NCBI GenBank assembly: GCA_964016885.1
Contig: OZ024743.1
Coordinates: 191,022,001-191,086,000, forward strand
DNA length: 64,000 nucleotides
Direction: 5' to 3'
Source: Eledone cirrhosa
Taxonomy: Eukaryota
The notes under the pieces are model-generated. The model was not told the origin of the DNA. It did not search any database and saw nothing but the letters and a program-made list of their open reading frames with translations. The translations under genes were made by a program, and so were the position numbers. Below, one piece after another: positions 49,791-61,244 of this stretch; within the stretch, counting starts at the first letter, position 1, and every line of letters starts with the position of its first letter.

Positions 49791-52582
49791 CTAAAGGAAT
49801 AAGGGTGGGGAGTTCAGGCCGGGGGGAGTGTGGGTCTGTAAGATGAAGATAGTACGTTGTTCGACCGTGAGGCGATGGGCGGGTGTTCCGTGGCACTGGA
49901 GTAGGCCACAGACTGTGAGATGGTGTGCGGAGTGTCCAGGGCCACCAAAGTGGCGGGCGATGGGGGAACTGCCCCCGAGACGAATGTCCCGGAGGTGCTC
50001 CGTGACTCGGTCCGCCAGGCGGCGTCCCGTCTGTCCGACATAAGTCGCGCTGCACCTCGTGCAACGAAGTCCGTAGACTAGGTTGGAGGAGGTGCAGCGG
50101 AAGGCATGCCGGACCGAGAGAGGGTGGCCATGGGACCCTGGAAGGTGGTGGTGTTGGTGATGTGGGGACAGGTGTTGCAGCGGGGTCTAGAAGAGGGGAA
50201 GAAACCGGGGGAAACGGAGCGTGGGTTGGGGGGTAGGGAGCTGTGGACGAGGAGGGTGCGGAGATTGCGTGCGCGTATGAAGGAGGGGAGTGGTGGGGTT
50301 GGGAAGATGTGGGAGGTGGAGGGGTCGGACTGGAGGTGTCGGAAGAGGCGGCGGATGGTGCGGTGGAGGGGTAGGTGGAGGGGTGGTAGGTGATGGGGAA
50401 GGGGAGACGGTGGGTGGGTGTGCGGTGGCGTGGGGTGAGGGTGGTAGAGCGGGGGATAGCACGGGCGCGGGTGAGAGCGGTGTGGACGAGAGAGGGGGGG
50501 TAACCTCTGCGGATGAAATGGCTGACTAGGGAAAGGGCTTGGGACTCGAAGTCAGCATCTCGGCTACAGAGGCGGCGGATCCTGAGAAGTTGGGAGTAGG
50601 GAATGGAGAGTTTAGTGTGGGTGGGGTGGGAAGAGGTGAAGTCGAGGTAAGAGTGGGAGTCGGTGGGTTTGAAGAAGGCGGAGGTGACGAGGGAGTGGTG
50701 GGAGGGGTCGAAGGCGACGGAGATGTCCAAGAAGTGGACGTGGGTGGTGGAGATAGAGGTGGTGAAGTGGAGGGAGGGGTGGAAGGAGCAGAAGAAGGAG
50801 AGAAAGGAGTCGAGCTGTACTCGGGTGAGGGTCGTGGCTCCGATACAGTCGTCAATGTAACGACCGTACAGTTCGGGCGTGGGGCCGGTGTACTGGGCAA
50901 AGATTTGGGCCTCAACATGGCCAACAAAAAGGTTGGCATAGTTCGGGCCCATTCTTGTGCCCATGGCTACCCCCGTGACCTGTTGGTAAAACTCACCCGA
51001 GAAGGAGAAACAATTTAGGGTGAGGACCAGCTCGGCGAGGCGAAGGAGGGTGGGGGTGGAGGGAATGGGGGAGGGGCGAAGGTCGAGGTAGTGTTTGAGG
51101 GCGCGAAGGCCGTCGGCGTGGGGGATGACGGTATAGAGGGACTTGATGTCTAGGGTGAAGAGGAATGGCTGAGGGCCGGGTAGGTAGGTGAAGGAGTCGA
51201 AAAGGCGCAGGGCGTGGTTGGTGTCAGAGATGTGGGAGGGGAGGGTGGTGACAAGGGGGGCGAGGAGGGAGTCGAGAAAGGCGGAGATGAGTTCGGTGGG
51301 GCAGTTGCAAGCGGAGACGATGGGGCGGCCGGGGTTGTCGGGTTTGTGGAGTTTGGGGAGGAAGTAGATGGTGGGGGTGCGGGGTGTGCGGACGATAAGA
51401 TGGGAAGCGGTGGGGGGGAGTAGGGAGAAGGCGATAAGGTCTTTGATGGTGGAGGAGACTTGTTGTTGGTAGAGGGGGGTGGGATCGGAGGGTAGAGGGT
51501 GGTAAAAGAGGGGGTTACAGAGCTGCCTGAGGGCTTCGGCCTTGTAGAGGTCCGCGCGCCATACCACCACGGCGCCTCCCTTGTCCGCCGGTTTGATGAC
51601 GATGTCATCTCGGCTACGGAGGGAGCGGAGAGCGAGGAGTTCGCCCCGTGAGATGTTGTGCCGTTTGGAACGGTGGCGGAAGTCGAAACGATTTACTGCG
51701 CTACGGCTGGCATCGACGAAGGCGTCCAGGGTGCTAAATTGCCCTGGGGTCGGCGTCCAAGAAGATGGTCGTCGGCCCAGGGCGAGAAACGGGTCTGGGG
51801 CGTCCGGAGCCGGTGGCGTTCGGCTGAAATGTGCCTGTAGCTTAGTGCGTCGCACGAATCGCTCGACTTCCGTTCGGGTGCGGAACTCGTCGCTGAGCGG
51901 AGTGTGGGGTATGAAGCGAAGGCCTCTACTAAGGAGTGAGCGCTCCGGTGCGGAGAGGGGGAGGTCAGGGGGTATGGTGACAACAAGGGGTGGGGTTTGG
52001 GTGTTAGGGGAGGGAAGGGGGGGTGTTGTGAGGGGTGGAGATTGGGTGGGGGTGACGGTCGGGGGAGAGGTGGGGAGTGGTGGGCGTATGGGGATGGGCG
52101 GGTGGTGGTGGATGGGGGGGAGGAGTGAGTGTAGCTTGCGGGCTTTGGTGGAGCTGAGGAACGAGAAGAGGTTGTGGTTGAGTTTGTGGATGAAGGAGAG
52201 GATGGCTTGGGCGAGGAGGGGGTGGCAGGTGGAGTAAAGGCGGAGGAGGGTGGGGGTCAGTTGGTGGTCAAGTAGGCGGAGGGTGGAACGGGAGGCGCGG
52301 ATGGAGTTGCGCATCAGAAGGCGTGAGGATCGGGTGAGGATACGTTGCGCGGAGAGGGAAGCAGCGGGGGAGGGGTGGAAGTGTAGACGGAAGCCAAGGG
52401 GGATAAGGTGGAGGCGGAGGCAGTGGCTGAGGAAATGGATGTGGCTGGAGTGCCGGGTTTTGGCGAAGAGAAGGTAGGAGAGTTGAAGGGCGGAGGGGAG
52501 ATAGCAGGGCGGAAGGAGGGGGGGTGAGGAAAAGTTTGAGGCGATTGTGGAGTTGGTGGAGAAAGGATCTCAGGTTGGGCAT
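49791..52582 (-). pseudogene. PLE reverse transcriptase plus GIY-YIG endonuclease ORF (frameshifts mostly in homopolymer runs)
   Basis: HFLSHCLRLHLIPLGF N-terminal motif, IKPADKGGAVVV, LPKLHK, GRPIVS, LDIKSLYT, GVAMGT, RYIDD, FLD; in another frame RCNTC...FRCTSSNLVYGLRCTRCSATYVGQTGRRLADRVTEH...GLN. Confidence 0.9.
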
Positions 52583-53050
52583 GATGGGCGTTGGGTGAAA
52601 GCAGGGGGAGGGATGAGAGGGCAGGGGTGTGAAGCGGGGTGGAGTGAACGAAGGGGTGAGTGCGAAGGATAGGCAGAGACGGGGAAGGGAAAAAGAACCA
52701 GAAAAACGTAGGGAGGGGGGGAGTAAACACCGGAAAATTAAAGACAAAAAATCATAAAGGTAATAACAGGCGATCGTGAACAAAAATTCATAGAAATATC
52801 ATACAGGTAATGACACAGGCGATCGTGAACAAAAAATCATGGAATACAATTGTAGGAACACAGGCAAAGAATCATATACGGAAAAAAAAGGGGTACGGTA
52901 ACAAAATCAAACAGAGGTAATGCGTGGAAGGAAAGACAAAGTGTGGGAAGGTGTGTAAAGTTCGGAGAAAGGTCACGGCGGATTAGTTCGGGGTTGAGCC
53001 GGTTGTTAAGTTAAGTTCCAAGGATGGAGGCCGTATGAGCGTGTGTTTTG

Positions 53051-54008
53051 TATAATGAAAAATTGAACAGGGACAGAACAGAGAGGCAGTACGACAAATG
53101 TTTATTAAATTCACGCTCAGGAGAGTGGGGGGTAGGTGGAGGACGACGTTTCGGGCATAAGCCCTTCTTCAGGTGAGAGTTCAAAAGGTGTGTAGGGGAG
53201 TGGTGGAGAGACATATAGCGAAAGGAAACGGTGCGAATGAAAAATTAACAAATAAAGACAAAAATATAAAAATAATAAATAAAAATAAAGCATGATCAAA
53301 ATACAAGGAATGAGAACATTTAAAAATAAAGGCATGATCAAAATAAACTGAAATTAAAAGGGGGGTAAACAGGTGGTGGAAGGGTGTGGGGTGAGTAGAG
53401 GTGGAGGCGGGTGGAGTGGGGAGAGGGAGACGGGGTGTCCGAGCGGGGAGGGCTGAAGGTGGTGTGTGTGGTTAGGTGTGCGTGTGTGTGTGTGTGTGTG
53501 TATGTGAAAGTGAGGGTTGGGGGAAGAACGGGGTTGCATGTTCAGGAAGGTGTGTATGGGGGGTGTTTTTGTGTGTCGGAGGGTCTGTGCGTGTGTGGAT
53601 AGGGGGGTGGGGGGAGAGGAATCAGGGGGCTGAGGGTGTAAATATGTGGTGGGAAGCACGTGTGTGTGGTTTAAGCGTGTTGTGGGTGTGGGTGGCGTGT
53701 GGATAAAAAAAATCGTTTTGGGATGTGTGTGTGGGTGAGTTATATAGGTGATGGTGTTAGAGGATAGTTGAAAGTGGTAAGTTACACGGATGTATGGAGA
53801 TTTTGGTTGGAAGTCGAACGCGTGTGGGTAATCCAAGAAGCGGTGGTCGGAAGAGGAGAGATGTGGGGTGCGCGCGCAACAGGAAGTGGTCAGCAGTGGA
53901 AGTGCTGTGGTCAGTTGGTGCTGAGACAGTGGTCGGAAGGGCATAGCAGCAGTCAGCGGAATGGTAGGGAGGCGAGGATGGGTAGGTGTGAGAGTTGGAG
54001 TGAGGAGG

Positions 54009-54072
<64 letters not shown>

Positions 54073-54145
54073 TAGTAGGGGTGTTAGTGGGATGAGTGAG
54101 TGTGGAGTGGGGAGAGAAGGGTGTGTGTGGTTCTATGGAGGGAGT
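53051..54145 (-). repeat. Upstream pseudo-LTR of the Neptune PLE
   Basis: Direct repeat of 48305-49387. Confidence 0.93.
53142..53176 (-). ncRNA. Minimal PLE-type hammerhead ribozyme (second copy)
   Basis: Identical to 48396-48430. Confidence 0.8.
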
Positions 54146-54147
54146 AG

Positions 54148-54478
54148 GACTAGAACTGTTTCATTCGGGAGAAATCATCAGGAAGCCCTGATGATTTCTC
54201 CCGAATGAAACAGTTCTAGTCTTGTAGAAGCCTTTTCTATATTAAATATTTATGTTCTGTTTTGTATTGAGTACCTTACTTACTGTGGTTACCCACAGAG
54301 ACTACTTTGAATTTCTAACTCAATATACACCTTTGATATATATATATATATATATATATATATCAAATAAAGAAAAAAATGTTAAATATTTATGCTCTGT
54401 TTTGTATTGAGTACCTTACTTACTGTGGTTACCCACAGAGACTACTTTGAATTTCTAACTCAATATACAGCTTTGATA
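54148..54478 (+). mobile_element. Non-coding hammerhead fold-back element with a duplicated tail
   Basis: Perfect 35-bp inverted repeat (54148-54182 and 54187-54221) containing CUGAUGA...GAAA; tail at about 54242-54337 repeated at about 54382-54478 across (TA)n. Confidence 0.7.
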
Positions 54479-54523
54479 AAATGTTAAACAAATTTTAAAA
54501 AATTCACTGTACTTACTATATGT

Positions 54524-54604
54524 GCCTTTACCACGGTTTCAGATCCCAAACAAATAGATAATCCAAGCGGATTTCCATTAAGAAAGAGATCATCGTCAGA
54601 AGGC
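54524..54604 (-). ncRNA. Type I hammerhead ribozyme with extended stem II (copy 1)
   Basis: GCCUU CUGACGA U GAUCUC...GGGAUC U GAAA CCGUGG UA AAGGC. Confidence 0.8.
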
Positions 54605-54814
54605 TTTTCTCTCTCGGAGAATATACAATTCCCGAGTTCAAATTACAAACTGACGCCATACAAAACTGCCTCAGAATGAGAGTAAATGAATGATGAAACA
54701 ATTTTGTCTAATACCGTGTGCAAAGACAGAAAGCAAGGTGGACAGGTCAATCTCTGGCTACTAAAAGTAGCAGCCGTTCAAATGACCATATGTTTCTCTA
54801 CTGTTGGGGAGGAT

Positions 54815-55294
54815 AATAATAAAAGTATATGTTCCTACATGTAAATAATACACATACAGATACAAGTATAGACCGACCGTATGCTAGTGGGGTTCAATAG
54901 CAAGTTAAAAAATTAACATTAACAAGCCAGAACATATAAAATCAAGGGAAAGCAAATAAAGAAAACATTTTAAAATAAATTTCAAAAAAGTCACTGTACT
55001 TACTATATGTGCCTTTACCGCGGTTTCAGATCCCAAACAAATAGAAAATCCAAGCGGATTTCCATTGAGAGAGAGATCATCGTCAGAAGGCTTTTGAAAC
55101 CGCGGTAAAGGCACATATAGAAAGTACAGTGAATCTTTTGAAATTTACTTTAAATTTTTTTCTTTATTTGCTTTCCCTTGATTTTATATGTTCTGGCTTG
55201 TTAATTTATTAACTTGCTATTGACCACACTGGCATACGGTTGAACTATACCTGTATCCCTATCTGTATTATTTACATGTAGGAACACATACTTT

Positions 55295-55300
<6 letters not shown>
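54815..55300. repeat. About 200-bp imperfect inverted repeat (54815-55028 versus 55095-55300) enclosing the 5' part of hammerhead copy 2
   Basis: tgaaaccgcggtaaaggcacatatag...tacatgtaggaac is the reverse complement of 54825-55028, with scattered changes. Confidence 0.88.
55011..55091 (-). ncRNA. Type I hammerhead ribozyme with extended stem II (copy 2)
   Basis: GCCUU CUGACGA U GAUCUC ucucuc AAUGGAAAUCC gcuu GGAUUUUCUAUU uguuu GGGAUC U GAAA CCGCGG UA AAGGC; complete core, 5-bp stem I, palindromic stem III. Confidence 0.85.
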
Positions 55301-55351
<51 letters not shown>

Positions 55352-55356
55352 TATGT

Positions 55357-55635
55357 ATATTGTTATACTTTGGGAGGGTCATGTTGCCAATAAGAAACAC
55401 ACGCACCAGTTGCTTTCACTTCAATTTATTATATATTTATAAATTTATAAATTTACAAATCTACAAACTTATAAATTATAAATTTTTGGTTGGTTGGTTG
55501 GTTCCACAACCAGATAGTTGTTTATATATAGTCATAGTCCTTTCTTATTGGCAACATGACCCTCCCAAAGTATAACAATATCGGTTTCAACACACGATTT
55601 CAGATAAAGAATCTTGCTAAACAAATTCAGAAACG
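55357..55635. mobile_element. Short element with perfect 41-bp inverted repeats and a one-sided extension, between (TA)n tracts
   Basis: 55357-55397 and 55541-55581 are exact reverse complements. Confidence 0.65.
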
Positions 55636-55664
55636 ATATATATGTATATATATATATATATATA

Positions 55665-57910
55665 GTGGTAGAACACTGGAAGGTAATATCCGTAGTGGTT
55701 AGAGCACTCAGTCCATGGAACGAGTTAGGTAGAAGTGGTTACACAACATTTAGTTCACCATACCGAGAACAATTGTTTCACCTTAGCGGATCCCCACCTC
55801 GTAATGGGTATGGTTATACGGAACAGGAAAGACAACCGTACGAACGCGCATGCGCAGAAACCGGTCACCTCACACAGGCAATGCTAAAATATGTGCGAGG
55901 GGTGTAAGGGAGATAACTGCAAAAGTCCGAAAAGTTTTTAGTTGATAAGAAAAAATATTGATGTTGTTACAATAATTCATTCAATCCGGAGCTTTGTAGT
56001 TATGCAAAAGGTGTTTCAAGACGTGTGGACAACGTGTGAAAAATTCATTTCTCGTGTTTAGGCAATCGCTATTACATAATCTCTTTAGAATATTTATTCG
56101 TTCGTCAATACACAGTCCACACGACGGATTTCCCCTTGCGTATGGCTTGGACTTAGTGATGGCTTTCCATTGAATGGAGTAGTCTATACTTGAGTCCTTG
56201 AGCGACCACACGTGGCTCGCGAGTTTCATGGATGAACGTCTGTCCGGGTACCTAAAGGTCGACTGATGGTTCAGGAAACGTTCCTTAAATCGGCCCTCCG
56301 CCATGCCCACATAGGATTTGACCTCCTGTGGTTTGTTTGGTCGGTTGGAAGTGACCACAGCTTCATAAATTACAGCTGGTGTGTTGCACTGCTGTTGAAG
56401 GGGGCAAGCTTCGGGCTTACGGCATGAGCACCCTGGTGGGGAGTTGCTCCTAGGGCTGCTGGTGATGTGGGCCTTCATGGTCTTAACGCAGGAGTATCCT
56501 AGTTTTACTTTGTGTCGGTTAAAGATGGAGCGGTATTTTTGACCTATAGGAAAGTGTCTATCTAAAAGGGATAGAAATGTTTCCCTACATTGGGTTTAAC
56601 GTTGAGTGAGAAGGGAGGCGACAAGCAGATAGTTTGTCTATTGTTGCGCTTTCTTTTCTACTGCTGTTGTTGATAGTGGGAGAGTAAGTGATAGGTTGTG
56701 AGAAGCCGCTGTTAGCTAATGCCGAGTTATAGTAGGGTGCCGCCCTGTCAAAGAGAGCCTTATTAGAGGAGAGGTTTGAGATTCTAGTACTGATATTATT
56801 TACGAAGTTTCTAAAACCAGTGGGAGGGTGGCATGAGTCCTTGTGAATGTAATTGAGTTTTTCGTTTAGCTTATGGAAGGGTCTGTGGGTGTGTGTGCGA
56901 AGGTCTAAATATAATGTCTAAAAAATCTACGTTAGAGAGGTTGGTAGCTACTGTTATCCTAACTCCTAACTCATTGAAGGTAGAAGCTAAGTCTTTTTTA
57001 AACCGGTCGAGGTCGTGACCACTTCTATGGCTCCATCGTCGCGGTATATTCCCGTGTGGAAGTCCGGGAATCTAACACGTAATATGTCTAAAATAAATAG
57101 GCCAACCAAGTCACATACGTCAGCACTGTCAAACGATCCCATGGAGACGTCGAATAGGTTTGAAGTTGTAACTTCTTTGCCCAGGCTACTCCGTCGTTGA
57201 AGAGGAGGGTTTTCCGGCAGTGAGCGATGATTTCCCTGTCTAAACCATGGTGTAAGTGGTAGAGAAGTCCAACGCTTTCTTTAACAGTGTCTCTGAGATC
57301 GACGGGAAAAAATCGACAATGTCAAACTGTGTGAACTTCGCCTTTTTGGATTTTAAGGAGTTAAACCACTTAATTACGGAGTCGCTGTTCTCCCACTGGG
57401 GCAGGTTGGACTTGGTCCTAATGGTCTTAACTATGTTTCTATGTATGGCCTTACTGACTAGTCCCATATCTGTGCGTGCCGGGTTTATTAGTCTACATGT
57501 GGGGTTAGAAGTAAAGTCTACCTTGTGATCTTTCAGGGTGAAGAACGCCTCCCGCTTAGCTAGAGATTGTAGTTTCTTATCTACCTAAAGGGCAGCGGCA
57601 AGTTCTTTGGCTTCTGTATCAATGTCGTGGTAGGCCATAGAGTTAGCTTTCTTATATTTGGAAGTAATAGTGTTATGGGCCAGGTGGCGGAAAGTGGTGT
57701 TGTTGACTTCGTAAATATTATTAGTTTTGTCGGACCTTCTTGCCTTAGTCGCTAACATTTCTTTTCGCAAACACACTAACACCTTTCAAACTAAACTCAG
57801 AAAGGATATTAAGAAATTTAGGTCTTCTAATAACACATTCGTTCTTTCCGACAAAACTAATAAGGTGAAACAATTGTTCTCGATATGGTGAACTAACTGT
57901 TGTGTAACCA

Positions 57911-57912
<2 letters not shown>
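55665..57912 (-). mobile_element. Penelope-like element, Naiad type, 5'-truncated with inverted 5' segments, in (TA)n
   Basis: SDKTNNIY, TLKDHK..F...PTCRLINP, QWENS..VIKWF, FDIVDFFPSI, FDVSMGSFD.ADVCDLVG, GIYRDDG; GIY-YIG at 55981-56478; inverted repeat at 55733-55785 and 57861-57913. Confidence 0.88.
55981..56478 (-). pseudogene. GIY-YIG endonuclease domain of the Naiad PLE
   Basis: CSCRKPEACPLQQQC, VIY...YVGMAEGRFKERFLNH, CGLCIDE, LNTRNE...CPH. Confidence 0.88.
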
Positions 57913-57957
<45 letters not shown>

Positions 57958-59648
57958 TTATATTCATATATATATACTCATATATATTGTATAAATGCAT
58001 GTATAGATAACCATGTATATGTATGTATATATATATATGCCATAGGTGTATATATATATATATATATGAATGAAAAATGGCGAATATATATATATACACT
58101 TATATTGGAGAAAATTCCATACAAATCAAAGATCATTGGTAAAAATATTAAATGTTATGATGCACAGAAATCTATTTACAATATAGCTTTATTTCTTGAA
58201 TCAATCTAAACAAATATTTCTATATTTGGTAAATCAAATAGTGTTAAGATTAGGACAAATAATTTTACCAGTTTCTACTGTTTAATTCCCAAAATGAGTT
58301 TACCACATCTAATTCAGTTTGGAGATTTTGCGAATATTTAGTAAAATAGTTATTTCCTATCTAAAGAATACCATCATGTAACATTTGTGTAGATGAGGCT
58401 GGTGGGGGGGATATGACATTTCAGGATCCGGGATTCCATTGAATTATGTCTTTCTGGATTTGTATGATCAAATTTCTAAGTTTTGGTTTGTTCTAGTCAC
58501 TAGTGTTCTGTAGTGTGTGTGTGGATGTGTGTGTGTGTGGTTGTGGTGGTGATGAGGTTGATGAGTTAACGACACTGACGAAAGATGAAATTCCTGAAAG
58601 ACAAGGGTCTAGAATTTTTCATAGAACTACTGTGGCATCTGTGACAAGATCCCAGATTAGAACACACATAGTGAGATTTATATATATTTATATTACATAA
58701 CGTATCATGTGTGCCTTTATATGCACTTTTATTATGGAACACTCTATGTTAGAGCTATTTTATATATATATTTATTCAACAGTGCACTCTGGCTAATCTA
58801 ATGCGTGACACCTCAGCAAACTCAGTTTTAACATAGTGCCGGATTTTCCAAGAGTTTGTGAGGGAGATTTGATGCAGTACGCAGGCAATACAGGAACCAA
58901 TAAAACTATAATTACTCACACAGATCTACATACACATACACCCATTGCTATTTCATACGTTTCTATGCATTTGATATAACTGCAATAATTATAATATATT
59001 GATGTTGACATGCGATGCAACGCGGGCTGGGGAATGTTTGCTTAGATAAATGCTTTTATGGGGGTAGTTGGATAAAATGCAGTGGTTAAAATGCTTTCAT
59101 AAATACTTTTGTTCATTTTAATCTATGTAAATATTGGTTTAAGAATGAATATCTACGTGTACATTGGTATATATATATCTGTGTGCGTCTTTGTGTGTCT
59201 TTGTGTGTCTTTGTGTATCTGTGTACGTATATATGAATATATAGAGAAATACAAATCTAGAAAGACATGTATATATATATATATATATGGGGGGGGGGGC
59301 GTATGTGTGTTTGAATATGTGTGTGCGTGTGCGCGCTTGTGTGTATACATATAATGCGGATATTTGTATGAGTATGTGTATGGATGCTGTGTTGCCTGCT
59401 TAGAAATGGATCTCAGAAATAGTGCATTTTTAAGAGTGCTTTGCGTAATAAAAGATACATTCAAAGTTGTACAGGAAGTAACATTCACAGCTAGTTTGTT
59501 TTCAACCCATTAATTGATATAAGGTTCAATATTTAACAAACTTAATCACACATACATATCTTCCATATATATATATATATATACAAATATTATATATATA
59601 TATATACAGGGAGAGAGAGAGAGAGAGGGAGAGAGAGAGAGAGAGAGA

Positions 59649-59692
<44 letters not shown>

Positions 59693-59696
59693 GAGA

Positions 59697-59760
<64 letters not shown>

Positions 59761-59948
59761 GAACATATATGCAAGCGCATATCTTTTAACTCTTATGGTA
59801 TGGTGCAAATGAAATTATGCTTTACAGCGTGTTCTGTTGGTTTAATTCAGGAACTCAAGCATAATTCCTTCCGCAAGGAGACTTTGATAGATTATTTGGT
59901 TGGATTGCACGTGTAATGCTTCTTTCTGTAATTCTCTATGTATGTATG

Positions 59949-59985
<37 letters not shown>

Positions 59986-60215
59986 CAGATGTAACTTCAT
60001 GTACAGTCGATTACTATGAATTATAGGTTCTAAAATCTGGTAAACTATCTCTATGAACGCAAAAATGTGGTCAGGGGAGCTAGAGGGAATCGAACAATAT
60101 ATCATTCATATATATTGTAACCATTGAGCTAAACATGTTTTGACTTCAATACCCTCTTTATTACAATGTTACTACTTACAGTTTTTTGTAAACAACATTG
60201 TATGTAAAGCATCGA

Positions 60216-60254
<39 letters not shown>

Positions 60255-60510
60255 GGTGGGATATGGGAACCAAACGTATCTCTTCGAGCTGGTTGCTTCT
60301 GGCAGGACACGCTGGAAGAAGTGTTTCAGGAATCTGTCATTTCTTATCTCATGGTTTTGACTCTCTTTTTTACATTCTCCCCTCTCTCCTTTTTTATCGC
60401 TCAATTTGTAGTTATATATCAACCAGACATTTTGCTCTGTACATAATAATTAGTTATCCACCGCGCTAAGATTCCTACAATTTTCTGAAATTCTCATATA
60501 TATATATATA

Positions 60511-61146
60511 CAGTGAATCTTCGCTTATCCGGACGGTCAAAACCATACAGTTAAAAAAATATCCGGATAAGTGAATTCTAAAATCCTATTGTTACATAAT
60601 GCTCGTCGTTTCTAATGTTTTGGCTTCTTTTAGTCAAAATAAAAGACAAATGCTAAGTAAAGAAAGTTTATTAGAATAACAAAAGAACAGCTAGCATTTA
60701 TGAGAAAATTAATTAAACAAACATAAGAATAACTAAAAACTTGGTAAAACTGAATTGAGTCAAACCATAACAAGTTAGTACTTTTTTAAAAAAGAATAAA
60801 TAGAAGATTGTTTTCGCGACGAAGCTCGTCGTTCCGCTACCATTTCCACGCAACAGCTGAACGGTCAACCACCCCGCTCATGTTTATCGCACGTAAAAAT
60901 GGAATCATTGACGTGTCCCCTTTTCCGATCAAATCCCGCAGGAATTGTTTTCTGTAAATCCGCTTTAGTGTGTCCAAAACTTCCTGGTCCATTGGCTGAA
61001 TAAGTGACGTAACGTCCGCCGGAAGAAATGCTGCCCGAATCTGTCCGTCTGCCGAAATCAAGTCCTCCTCATCCGGAGGTAGTATAGAAATAGCCGTCTG
61101 GTAAATCGAATTTCGGAAAAGCAATATCCGGATAAGCGAAGGTGCA

Positions 61147-61149
<3 letters not shown>
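60511..61149 (-). mobile_element. Tigger/pogo DNA transposon, internally deleted, with TIRs, inserted at TA
   Basis: TIRs cagtgaatcttcgcttatccgga and tccggataagcgaaggtgcactg; DDE remnant FLPADVTSLIQPMDQEVLDTLKRIYRK at about 60840-61040. Confidence 0.88.
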
Positions 61150-61184
<35 letters not shown>

Positions 61185-61244
61185 TACCATCAACTCACCA
61201 TCCTGCAGATCACTTATCTGTGTTTTATATTATATTATATATAG

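Larger units (their letters stand above)
48305..54145 (-). mobile_element. Penelope-like element, Neptune type, partial-tandem structure with about 1.1-kb pseudo-LTRs
   Basis: Direct repeats at 48305-49387 and 53051-54145, each with a hammerhead; RT plus C-terminal GIY-YIG ORF between them; 3' end abuts (TA)n. Confidence 0.92.

Noticed and set aside
55011-55091. SECIS-like reading (AUGA...AA...GA) of the extended stem
   Set aside because: The helix required for a SECIS does not pair; the hammerhead fold explains all conserved bases.
55981-57735. Selenoprotein coding (in-frame UGA plus SECIS), reported for some Naiad PLEs
   Set aside because: The conserved Cys positions I translated use TGT/TGC, the interruptions I read are TAG or frameshifts, and I found no SECIS.
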